From the IMG/VR virus record IMGVR_UViG_3300032232_001386, positions 1 to 37,265 of that record: DNA of 37,265 nt. One strand, given 5' to 3'. The notes under the pieces were generated by a model. That model had not been told where the DNA came from. It saw only the letters and a list, made by a program, of their open reading frames with translations, and did not search any database. Positions 18,349 to 27,451 of this stretch are shown here, piece by piece. Origin of the DNA: a virus (Duplodnaviria > Caudoviricetes). Position 1 is the first letter of the stretch. The number at the start of each line of letters is the position of its first letter. Made by a program: the position numbers and the translations under genes.

Positions 18349-21300
18349 TTAAAATACATTAAAATTACTAGCTTGAATTGTCGTAACAGAAGCTTGTCCA
18401 GTTAGTCTTAAGAACCCAGTAGCTGGATTAGATCTTTCTCCTAGAATATTAGTATTGAAAACTCTAAAATAATAATCTCCAGTATATAAAGGAGTAAAGT
18501 ATGGTGGAATTTGTTGTCTGTCTAAAAGAGTAGGAGTAATTCCAGTTCTTAACTCTTGCATAGATACAACGTCTTTTAAATATATTTCTTCTGTGATTAA
18601 AGGATTGGCAAAATTACTGCCACTTTTTACATATACATAAAATAAATTATCTTGTGGGGTATTATTTATTGGTTTTATTTCGTACATTAAACTATTTATT
18701 CCGCCTTGATTAGTAGTGTATAGTACTCCATATGATCCAGTCATAACGTTATTTGTATTTCTGAATATGATTCTAGGCACAAGATCTGGAGTTAATGGAT
18801 AAGGTGGTTTAACTGGTAAATTAGTCAAAACACCAATAGAATCTACATCTTTAAATTTTTCTAAATTGTATTCTAGAGCATTAATATTATATGTGGAATT
18901 TTCTTTTTCTGTTATGTTTAAAATTCTATATTTTTTAGGTTCATTTAAATATGGTTCTAGATTAGATCCTGGGTATAAAGTATTCAATGAATTATTAATA
19001 TTAGATCTAACGTCAAATCCACCAGAAACCCCTCCATATCCACTTGGATTTACATCCATAATCCAGACTGTATTTTGAGGAAGATCATATTGAATTTGAT
19101 TTAAACTAGTTGAAAAATTAATTCTAATGTTTTGAGAATATATCCCAGAGCCAGAAGTAACAGAATTAATTGGAGAATTGATAAATATTTTTTGAACTTG
19201 CTCTCTTCTTAAAAAACTAGAATTTATACCACTTACTCCACTTGAATTAATTGAATTTTGAAAACCAGTCAAATAGAAATCGCCCAAATATGTTCCAGGA
19301 TTTAAATTATAAGTTGGAGTTAATAAACTTAATTCTAAATTTCTACTAACGCCAGTTAAAGCATAAAGATTTGAATTAGTATAGGGTAGATCTAATATTG
19401 CATATCCAGTTTTTAATTCCACTGTTCTTCCTGCGTAAGTTTTTATTTTTCTATTTTGATCAAAAACATTAATAATATCCCCTGGTCTTACAAATGATCC
19501 TTCTATACCTACTTTAAAATCTACTGTTTCTGTTTCTGTATTATCTGTTGTTAGAATCCATTTTCCAAGTCTTCTGGCTTGATTTTTACTAGTACATCCA
19601 AAAGCTACTATTTCTGTTTCTTTTATTCCATATCTTAATATCGCATCGCGATCTTCAATATATTCTATGGTAGATTTATAATTTTTTGTAAGATCATTAT
19701 ATCTAACTATTGCTACTGTTTTTCTTGCTTTTTTTGAAACATCTTGATAATCAAAATTGCCTTCAATAACATTACTATTTGTAAATAAATAAATTGGATC
19801 TTTAGGTGAATCTTGACTTACTACTATTTGTCCAGCCGAATAATAAACAATTGATCTAAATAAACTCGCCATATCATTCACTATTTTATAAGCTTGTTCT
19901 TTTGAAGAAATTAATAAATTACATACAAATCTTGGCTCTAATCCTCCTTCGCCATCAGAAACTAATCCATCGCAATATTGACTAATTTCATATAGTGTCC
20001 ATTTATCTGTTAATGCAGTATTCATATATTTGCCTAAGCCATATCTATTATTTGTAATAATATCATAAAAACACCAAGCAGGATTATCTGTCCAAGCCAC
20101 TTTAAATTTACCATTCCATGGGCCAGTATAAGTTCTTGTTATAGGATCATAGTTAATGGGAATTTTAACTTTTAATAATCTCATTTTGTATGATCTTTCT
20201 GGTATACTAGCGAAATATCTAGCATCAAATTGAGAATAAACCATAGCAGTATCTGGATACACGAATCGGTCAGAATATACTTCGGTATAACTATCGATGG
20301 TTGTATTATTAAAAGATGTTCCTCCAACTGATTCTAAAGTAGTTTTTAAAACATCAACTGCCCATCCGATTTGATTATCAAGAATATTAAAACTAGGAAA
20401 ATTTTCTGCATAGGGTCTAATATTTATAGTAAAAGTAAATATTGTTGGTTGAGTTATCTTTCCTCCTACTGCTATGTCTGTTTTAGAATAAGCTGATTTA
20501 ATATAAGGGGTATATTTGGAAGTATCTAAAATTATTTTTTCTCCGTTACTTAAAACTCTAGAAATTACAAATCTATAATCACTTTCTGTTCTTTCTACGT
20601 CTCCTGCGTTTGGACCAGTAATTACGCTGGAATAAAGAGAATTAACTTTAATATTTATTTTAATTTTTGAAACGTCTAAATTGTAGATATAAATTGTTTG
20701 TGGATAATAAACATAAGTCGAACCGCTTATAAGATATGCGCCAAATAATCTAGTTCCTACTACTTTAGTTACAGATGTCTCTAATGGGATTTTATTTTGA
20801 TCAACTTTTGCGCCAAAATAATTATATCTGTCTTGATAAAGATTTATATATGGATTAAATATCGTATGATCATTACTTTTATCTCCATAATCAAATCTAT
20901 AATTAACATATTGAAAATTATAAAATCCTTGTAAATTTGTTATAGGAGTATCATTCCAATATATAGATCTTGTTTCTGGATTGGAATACGTTTGCTCATA
21001 CGGTTGAAATCTTACGCTATTGTAGCCAATATCTCCAGTAGTTTTTCCACTAAAATCTGGTACATATATGCCAGAAACAAATCCCTCTATTGGTCCTTCT
21101 GATATAACATCAAGTACTCCTATGGTATTTATAGAAGTATAAGATTTATTTCTATCTATGATTTGCGTAGGATCAAGATCTGAACCCGTAGCTACATTAT
21201 TAGCTTTGTATATTGTTCTTAAATCTGGAGCATTTGTTGCTTGAAGTTGCGCGAAGGTCATGCTTGGACCACCAACTTGTAGATAAGGAGAACTCCACCA

Positions 21301-21552
21301 TTGCCTTACATTAGTGCCAGTTAAAACTCGCATTGTACTATAAGAAGTATAGCCACCGCTAGGTCCAGCTCCCCAATAATTAGTATTGGCTGCCGTTCCA
21401 TATGGAATTATTCCAGAAAAAGATAATGAGATTCCAGGTTCATCCATCGCAGTACTTTCTGGAAAATTAAAACTAGTAGTGCTTCTAGCTATATTTGCAG
21501 GAAATAAAATATAACCATATCCCTCTGCCCATTTATTTGATCCTCCAGCCAT
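18349..21552 (-). CDS. Tail tip / central fibre protein, lambda gpJ-like
   Basis: Motifs DVISEGPIEG, FKVAWTDNPAWCFYD, DKWTLYEISQYCD, EPRFVCN, AFGCTSKNQARRLGKW and VRPGDII. Confidence 0.93.
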   Translation of the reverse strand: MAGGSNKWAEGYGYILFPANIARSTTSFNFPESTAMDEPGISLSFSGIIPYGTAANTNYWGAGPSGGYTSYSTMRVLTGTNVRQWWSSPYLQVGGPSMTFAQLQATNAPDLRTIYKANNVATGSDLDPTQIIDRNKSYTSINTIGVLDVISEGPIEGFVSGIYVPDFSGKTTGDIGYNSVRFQPYEQTYSNPETRSIYWNDTPITNLQGFYNFQYVNYRFDYGDKSNDHTIFNPYINLYQDRYNYFGAKVDQNKIPLETSVTKVVGTRLFGAYLISGSTYVYYPQTIYIYNLDVSKIKINIKVNSLYSSVITGPNAGDVERTESDYRFVISRVLSNGEKIILDTSKYTPYIKSAYSKTDIAVGGKITQPTIFTFTINIRPYAENFPSFNILDNQIGWAVDVLKTTLESVGGTSFNNTTIDSYTEVYSDRFVYPDTAMVYSQFDARYFASIPERSYKMRLLKVKIPINYDPITRTYTGPWNGKFKVAWTDNPAWCFYDIITNNRYGLGKYMNTALTDKWTLYEISQYCDGLVSDGEGGLEPRFVCNLLISSKEQAYKIVNDMASLFRSIVYYSAGQIVVSQDSPKDPIYLFTNSNVIEGNFDYQDVSKKARKTVAIVRYNDLTKNYKSTIEYIEDRDAILRYGIKETEIVAFGCTSKNQARRLGKWILTTDNTETETVDFKVGIEGSFVRPGDIINVFDQNRKIKTYAGRTVELKTGYAILDLPYTNSNLYALTGVSRNLELSLLTPTYNLNPGTYLGDFYLTGFQNSINSSGVSGINSSFLRREQVQKIFINSPINSVTSGSGIYSQNIRINFSTSLNQIQYDLPQNTVWIMDVNPSGYGGVSGGFDVRSNINNSLNTLYPGSNLEPYLNEPKKYRILNITEKENSTYNINALEYNLEKFKDVDSIGVLTNLPVKPPYPLTPDLVPRIIFRNTNNVMTGSYGVLYTTNQGGINSLMYEIKPINNTPQDNLFYVYVKSGSNFANPLITEEIYLKDVVSMQELRTGITPTLLDRQQIPPYFTPLYTGDYYFRVFNTNILGERSNPATGFLRLTGQASVTTIQASNFNVF

Positions 21553-21556
21553 ATAA

Positions 21557-22381
21557 TTACATTGGTTCGTTAAACGAAGGAGTTTGATTCATCAAAAATC
21601 CATCGCTATTAAATAAATATGAACTATTACCTTCTACATTTACTGTTCCATCTGTGGCTGAATAATTTGTTATAAAAGCTCTATAATTTATATCGTAGCT
21701 AGCAAAAACATTATTGCTTCCTATAATAAGCTCTCCATATCCAACTGGAACTGGTCCACCCTCACCAACTGTATTATTCGGACCATTAAAAAGATAAGGA
21801 ACTGTACCTCTACTATTTGTTCCTGGTGCAGATCCTTGCCCAATTGGATCAGGAGTTATTCCAACGAAAGGATCATCTTGTCCGCCCCCACCAGCGCTAG
21901 GAGGACTACCAAGATCTAATGATGGAGGTTTACTTAAAAGAGTAGAAGTTCCACCCGCAATTAATCCTAACCCAGCCACACCCAATGCAACAGCTGGAAG
22001 TAATAGAGCTCCCATGCTTAAAACCGCTAACATAACGGCCGCGATTACAGCAATAACACCAACTATTATTTGCAGAATCGCGCCCGACCCTTCGATTACT
22101 GGAATAAGATCTATCACTTGAATTTTATCTTTAATATTTAAATAAAATTCAGAATTTAATACATCACTTGTTTTATTAAAAACTTTATTTTCGTCAAATA
22201 GAGAAGATTTATTAACTAATATTTGATATGTACATATATCTTTATAATTAACTATCCATTTTCTTAATTTTTTAGTATTAGCTTCGATTGCCCTAAGAGC
22301 TTCTGCTACAGAATCGACTTCTAGATCCCATTCGGAACCAATATCCTCACCAAGTTTACCGTGTAAATTAACTCTTATCAT
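21557..22381 (-). CDS. Tail assembly protein, lambda gpI-like
   Basis: MIRVNLHGKLG...SVAEALRAI...LIPVIEGSG ubiquitin-like domain, a hydrophobic segment, then YLFNGPNNTVGEGGPVPVGYGELIIGS. Confidence 0.9.
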   Translation of the reverse strand: MIRVNLHGKLGEDIGSEWDLEVDSVAEALRAIEANTKKLRKWIVNYKDICTYQILVNKSSLFDENKVFNKTSDVLNSEFYLNIKDKIQVIDLIPVIEGSGAILQIIVGVIAVIAAVMLAVLSMGALLLPAVALGVAGLGLIAGGTSTLLSKPPSLDLGSPPSAGGGGQDDPFVGITPDPIGQGSAPGTNSRGTVPYLFNGPNNTVGEGGPVPVGYGELIIGSNNVFASYDINYRAFITNYSATDGTVNVEGNSSYLFNSDGFLMNQTPSFNEPM

Positions 22382-23100
22382 TTTTTTAACCTAAAAATAG
22401 CAAAAGTATTCTTTTTGTAAAAAGTTGAATAACTTTCTATTTTTGAAAATCCAGACATAGGTTGATGCAATATTTTAAAATCTCCTAAATATAAAGCAAA
22501 ATGTTTAGGATCTTTTACACCAAAAAAATCTATTAAAAATATATCATTAATTTGATAATTTTGGTCCCTTATAATCTCAAAATTATTTTTTTCAAAATGT
22601 TTAAATATTTCATCTTTTATATTCATTTCTGTTAAAGATTTTTTATAAAAATTTCTATCATAGTCAAAAGTAATATTTAATTCATTTTTATAAAAATCTT
22701 CTATTAGTTTAAAGCAGTCATATTTTCCATGTTGATAATATCTACCCACATATTCTTGTTTCATTTTTATTGGTTCATGTATTTTTAAAATATCATATTT
22801 TGTATTATACATTATAATTGGTATATTCAGAATATCTGAACAATTTATATCTTTTTCTGAAAAATCTTTATTTTCATTTGTATGACTATGGTATATGTAA
22901 TATATTTTTTTATATTTATTTTTAATATTTAAAAAATCTATACTTGGAATTTCAAAATTTTCTTCTGGGTTTTTAGATATATTTTCAGTAGGTATACATT
23001 TAAATTTATCATTTTCTTTTATAATAAAACCACAACATTCCTTCGGATATTCATTTTTAGAATATTTTTTGATAGAATTTTTTATTCTTTTGTCTATCAT
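22378..23100 (-). CDS. Tail assembly protein, lambda gpK-like (JAB/MPN + NlpC/P60)
   Basis: ECCG and an intact JAMM motif HSH-x7-S-x2-D, then the DCF...HFALYLG..ILH triad. Likely start is ATG 23100. Confidence 0.92.
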   Translation of the reverse strand: MIDKRIKNSIKKYSKNEYPKECCGFIIKENDKFKCIPTENISKNPEENFEIPSIDFLNIKNKYKKIYYIYHSHTNENKDFSEKDINCSDILNIPIIMYNTKYDILKIHEPIKMKQEYVGRYYQHGKYDCFKLIEDFYKNELNITFDYDRNFYKKSLTEMNIKDEIFKHFEKNNFEIIRDQNYQINDIFLIDFFGVKDPKHFALYLGDFKILHQPMSGFSKIESYSTFYKKNTFAIFRLKK

Positions 23101-23101
23101 T

Positions 23102-24481
23102 TTATTCTCCAGGAACTCTTGTACCAGGAAATCCACCAAAAGGTAGAAATCCATTTAAATAATTTCCATTTGCATCTTTTGGAATTCCATGTGCTTGTGG
23201 AGACCTTGGATCTTCGGAACCTGGTCTTCTAGGGAAATCTATATATGTATTATTTACTCCAGTCACCCAAGTTAAGTTTCCAAAAGCATAAACTGCTCTG
23301 GTTAAATATCTATCAGTTGTAGTAGTATTCCATCCACCTCTATTTTCTGGCCATATTACTGGTCTAAAAGCTGGATTTTTAAGCCATCTTAATCTGCATG
23401 CATTTATACTTTTAGAGCAACTATCATCGGTCCAGTATATTTTATTGGGAGGAACATTGTTTAAGAAATCAGAAGTATGATTTTGTGTGCATACATAATA
23501 AAAAGATATACCATTTTTATTTATAAAAGTAAAATCTCCAGAGACATAATTTACATTTTCCTGCCATGAGCCTTTATTTCCTAGAGTTCCAGTTAGTCTA
23601 TTTATTGCTGTTACACCCGCTGCGTCTCCTGTTGAAAAAACTGAACCAACGAATAATTCATCATTAATAGTAGATACTGGTGGAGCAGTTAGAAGACCTT
23701 TTACTGATATATTTGGATTATCAACGTAAGCATAAACCCCGCTATGTATATATGACAATCTACTATTATATTCATAACAACATCCTTCTCCTCTATATTG
23801 AAATGGACATTTTTTTGAATAAATTGTTCTTCCTGGTAAAGTAATATTTTCTAGATCTAGAGTGGTTGATAATTCATATTCTATAAGGTCTTTATTCTCT
23901 ACACTTTTACGATCAATATAGTATATGTCATTTGGTAATTCCATTTCATATAAATTTGGATTATTATTGTATGGATTAACTCCATTTTCAAAATTAGAAC
24001 CATCTAAAAATTTTAAAAAAGTTCTAACCCTAGTGAATTTTGCTCCAACAATATCACCTAAAGATTCTATTTGCATTCTAATATAATTAAAAAAAGAATT
24101 TTGAGTTCTATCTGGATTCCAATTAGCTATTATAAGACGAGGAGTCGGCAGAGTACCAGCGGTTGAATATTCAAATCCTTCAGCTTGAATTGGGAATGGA
24201 TAATAAATATTATCTTGCCATTTTATTGTACCATATGGATTATTGGATATTTTGTACAAATTATAATCATTATAAACCCTGAATATCCCATTAGTAATTG
24301 GTTGATTTGCGCTTGCAGAAAAATTAGTAGAAGCAGCTATTGTTGGAGATATTTCAGATAGATCAATTTCATAAAAACTAATCATTGCAGATGGAGTTAA
24401 TGATCCTATTTCGCTATTTATAGCTTTTGACCCACTCGCAATTAAATTAAAAGCTTGAGATTGAGTTGAGGGAGTAATCAT
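23102..24481 (-). CDS. Minor tail protein, lambda gpL-like
   Basis: YYPFPIQAEGFE, GAKFTRVRTFLKFLD, CPFQYRGEGC, CSKSINAC and LPFGGFPG. The gpL Fe-S cysteines appear retained. Confidence 0.92.
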   Translation of the reverse strand: MITPSTQSQAFNLIASGSKAINSEIGSLTPSAMISFYEIDLSEISPTIAASTNFSASANQPITNGIFRVYNDYNLYKISNNPYGTIKWQDNIYYPFPIQAEGFEYSTAGTLPTPRLIIANWNPDRTQNSFFNYIRMQIESLGDIVGAKFTRVRTFLKFLDGSNFENGVNPYNNNPNLYEMELPNDIYYIDRKSVENKDLIEYELSTTLDLENITLPGRTIYSKKCPFQYRGEGCCYEYNSRLSYIHSGVYAYVDNPNISVKGLLTAPPVSTINDELFVGSVFSTGDAAGVTAINRLTGTLGNKGSWQENVNYVSGDFTFINKNGISFYYVCTQNHTSDFLNNVPPNKIYWTDDSCSKSINACRLRWLKNPAFRPVIWPENRGGWNTTTTDRYLTRAVYAFGNLTWVTGVNNTYIDFPRRPGSEDPRSPQAHGIPKDANGNYLNGFLPFGGFPGTRVPGE

Positions 24482-24482
24482 T

Positions 24483-25025
24483 TTATACTGGGACCTCTTG
24501 GAATTTAGTTTCTATTGTATAATTATTATAAGATATATAAGTGCTAGACCATTCTGGACACACAAATCTAGTAGTTAATGTTGATTTAGAATATATAGTT
24601 GGTAGATTATATATAAAACTTTCTTGAGAATTTCTTGCATTTAAAAAATGTAAAATAGACACAGTTTCATTCTCGCTTCTATTCTCAAAAATAAAATCTA
24701 TTTCTTTAAGATTATTATTAATTCCATCGATAATTCTTTGTTCATATCCATTTCCAAATTTTATATTTTTCATTTTAGGTTTATTTAAAATTTTAGAATT
24801 ATATGATGGTTTCCACCAAAAATTGGGTATTAAATTTCCATTCAAAATAATATACCCATCCCAATCAACTTGAAGATTCTCGGGGGTTATTGGATTATTT
24901 CCAGATCCAGAATTAGAATCTATCACTGAATAATAATATCTTCCGTCACTAGCAAGCACTATATTGTACTTACTATAAATAGTACTCCCGCTCCAATTTG
25001 GAACTGTATCGTAAATACTTGCCAT
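24483..25025 (-). CDS. Minor tail (distal tail) protein, lambda gpM-like
   Basis: KFGNGYEQRIIDGINN, FVCPEW and a terminal FQEV, with an extra N-terminal module. Confidence 0.88.
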   Translation of the reverse strand: MASIYDTVPNWSGSTIYSKYNIVLASDGRYYYSVIDSNSGSGNNPITPENLQVDWDGYIILNGNLIPNFWWKPSYNSKILNKPKMKNIKFGNGYEQRIIDGINNNLKEIDFIFENRSENETVSILHFLNARNSQESFIYNLPTIYSKSTLTTRFVCPEWSSTYISYNNYTIETKFQEVPV

Positions 25026-25046
25026 ATACCTTTTACCTCCTATATT

Positions 25047-25067
25047 TTACACTTAAAAGTAGTGTAA
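25047..25067. promoter_or_regulatory. Divergent pair of GTGTAA motifs
   Basis: Inverted repeat TTACACT-7nt-AGTGTAA in the 51-nt gap between divergent genes. Confidence 0.75.
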
Positions 25068-25076
25068 TTATAGTTA

Positions 25077-25877
25077 ATGTTTAATGTATATACTATAGAA
25101 AATCAAAACTTTTATCTAAATGATTCCTTGGTATCTGGAATAAAAAGTTTTAATGTTGTAGTTGATTTGAAAATAAATCCCAAAATATCTATAAATGATT
25201 CAATTAGTTATACAAAAAATGGATTACCAGTGGCTGAATTTGATCTATCTTACATATTAAGTGATACTGATAGATTTTTACCTTATACTGGAATTAACTC
25301 ATTTTCTGGCAAAGTTGAATATGGTAGTAAATATGTAACATTTACAAATGGTTACTTGACCAATTATTCTTTAAATTATAAACTAGGAGAATATCCAAGC
25401 GTTGATATAAGAGGAGTTATTTTTAATTGGCCAGCTTCTGAAATATCCTTTAGCCCAAAACCAGTAAATTTAAATACATTTAATGTTGGAGATCCATCTT
25501 TTATAGATACAAATATTCCAATTGTTAGCTCTAATAGGCTTCAATCATTTGTAATTAATATTGATATAAATCGTATTACTAATTACAGTATTGGAAATTA
25601 TTTGCCAGATAATGTATATATTCAATATCCAATTAAACAAGAAGTGACGCTTGATTTAAGCGCAAGCGATAATCTATATTATTCAAATGCCTTGAATTTG
25701 CCAAATTCAGGCTATATTAATACTTCTGGTCAATATATATCGATAAAAAAATATCAATCTAGTTCAAATTTAGCAACATTTAATTTTATGGATGTAGATA
25801 ATAATTTTAATTCATCACTTAGTAGTGATGGCGAAGGAAAATTTAATGCAAATAGAATATCTTATCTTCAACCATAA
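25077..25877 (+). CDS. Tail tube-like paralogue (minor tube or initiator)
   Basis: LQSFVINIDINRITNYSIG...IQYPIKQEVTLD aligns by eye with the tube segment IQSYTLSFDLGRTPIQRLG...IDFPLTVTLSVD. Confidence 0.6.
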   Translation: MFNVYTIENQNFYLNDSLVSGIKSFNVVVDLKINPKISINDSISYTKNGLPVAEFDLSYILSDTDRFLPYTGINSFSGKVEYGSKYVTFTNGYLTNYSLNYKLGEYPSVDIRGVIFNWPASEISFSPKPVNLNTFNVGDPSFIDTNIPIVSSNRLQSFVINIDINRITNYSIGNYLPDNVYIQYPIKQEVTLDLSASDNLYYSNALNLPNSGYINTSGQYISIKKYQSSSNLATFNFMDVDNNFNSSLSSDGEGKFNANRISYLQP

Positions 25878-25919
25878 TTTTTAGATTTTTAATAATATAT
25901 ATATTATAATATAATAAAT

Positions 25920-26393
25920 ATGACATTTCAAGAACTACTTAATTCGCCAGTGTTTTTTAATACTTTTATAAAAAATGATGTATTCTTTGATTCCCTTAAG
26001 GATAAGTTTCCAGAAATTTTAGCTGATCTTACTAGTTCTAGAAATAATCCAAATTGTTCTTGTAAAAATAGAGTAAAAGCTCATCTTCAAGGGAAAATTA
26101 CTACTGAACAAGATTATTTCAATAATCTTATCAATAATGAAGAGGTTAAGAAATTAACACAAGAAAAAACAGAAGAAATTAAAAAAACACAAATACCAAC
26201 TAACCCAATGGAGAACCATATGCAAATGATGCAACAAAACATGTTTAGAAACAGTGGCGGAAGAATATTTGAAATTGGCAAAACAGAAGAAGATTGGAAA
26301 AATCTTGCTAAAAAACTAAGTGAAGAAAAAATAAATTTTAAATCATTTTCTGTTGTCGAAAAAGAAGATAAATTAGTTGTTTATTTTATTTAA
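25920..26393 (+). CDS. Hypothetical protein with an NPNCSC motif
   Basis: 157-aa ORF whose stop abuts the next ATG. Confidence 0.75.
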   Translation: MTFQELLNSPVFFNTFIKNDVFFDSLKDKFPEILADLTSSRNNPNCSCKNRVKAHLQGKITTEQDYFNNLINNEEVKKLTQEKTEEIKKTQIPTNPMENHMQMMQQNMFRNSGGRIFEIGKTEEDWKNLAKKLSEEKINFKSFSVVEKEDKLVVYFI

Positions 26394-26690
26394 ATGTTTT
26401 ATCAATTCTTAGCGTATTTATTTGTTTGCTTGGGAGTAACTTATGCTTGGAGTGATACTGAGATTGCTAGGCCTTTTAGAAATTTTATAGCTAAGATACC
26501 ATATATTCACAAACCTTTACTTTGTCACGAATGCTCTAGTTTTTGGATATCTTTAGCTGTTAGTTTTTTTATTAATCCCTTTGATTTATTGACTTACTCT
26601 TATTTTAGCAACTTATTAAGTGCTTTTTGTGGATTTTTTATTAATTTATATTTCGTTAGAAACCAATTGGTAAAATATAAAGATTATTAA
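26394..26690 (+). CDS. Small membrane protein with CxxC (DUF1360-like)
   Basis: 98 aa with 2-3 hydrophobic helices. LLCHECSSFW resembles the LLxCxxCxSxW motif of DUF1360. Confidence 0.65.
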   Translation: MFYQFLAYLFVCLGVTYAWSDTEIARPFRNFIAKIPYIHKPLLCHECSSFWISLAVSFFINPFDLLTYSYFSNLLSAFCGFFINLYFVRNQLVKYKDY

Positions 26691-27416
26691 TTAAGGATGA
26701 AAGAAATGGCATGCCGCGCTCCATGTTGCACATGGATTACATGGATCATAACTAGCACCAATAAAACTAGGATCAACCACTTCTCCTCTTGAATTATAAA
26801 GTTGCACCGTGTCTTCAAAAGTAATTTTTGCTGAACTTGATACTGAATAACTCCCTTCGCAGTCTCCATTAGCTATCTCTTCTTCAGAACAAACGCATTC
26901 TAATCCACTACAACCAGGATTAAATGTTGGGCATGTATCGTCCTCGCAAGTTCCGCAGCTTGGGGTAAAGCTACCACAACAAGGATAAGCGTCACCATTA
27001 GGACCAACGCACCTGCCTCCAAGAAAACAATCATCGTTAGTATCGCACCCACAACCATAAGCGCTAGTTCCACTATAAGATGCCGAAGTAACCGTTTGAT
27101 CTCCATCATCAAAAGATACCACCCTGTAGCTTGATCCATTAACTAAACATCTATTTTCTTTACTTTTATAGGTAGACGTAATATTAGTAGAATCAAGTTT
27201 ATGCGTTGACGTATCTGACCAGTTTTCGCTTCGAAAAGAAGAATGAGTGCTTGTAAAATTTTTATAAAAATTTCCATCTTTAAAATATGCTGTATCAGAA
27301 AAATTTGAATAATTTGTAGGACAATCTTCGCAACAATCTGGACATTCTCCACAAGTTCCGCAACAATTTGCTGATTGAGTACAATTTAAATAGCAATATG
27401 CTGTTTTTGCGTCCAT
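26691..27416 (-). CDS. Cysteine-rich protein (26 Cys in 241 aa)
   Basis: ATG ORF with its own GTGTAA motif; Cys clustered as CC, CxC and CxxC. Confidence 0.75.
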   Translation of the reverse strand: MDAKTAYCYLNCTQSANCCGTCGECPDCCEDCPTNYSNFSDTAYFKDGNFYKNFTSTHSSFRSENWSDTSTHKLDSTNITSTYKSKENRCLVNGSSYRVVSFDDGDQTVTSASYSGTSAYGCGCDTNDDCFLGGRCVGPNGDAYPCCGSFTPSCGTCEDDTCPTFNPGCSGLECVCSEEEIANGDCEGSYSVSSSAKITFEDTVQLYNSRGEVVDPSFIGASYDPCNPCATWSAACHFFHP

Positions 27417-27424
27417 AATATAAT

Positions 27425-27430
27425 TTACAC
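27425..27430 (-). promoter_or_regulatory. GTGTAA putative late promoter
   Basis: TTACAC on the + strand, 8 nt before ATG 27416. Confidence 0.6.
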
Positions 27431-27451
27431 ATTATATTATTTCGTATTACA

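Noticed and set aside
22361-22366. Further GTGTAA copies at 22361 and near 7492
   Set aside because: They lie inside coding sequence, either antisense or far from any start, and are compatible with chance.
16915-25070. Actively invertible host-range segment
   Set aside because: I found no matching inverted repeats at the two ends and no recombinase gene in the window.
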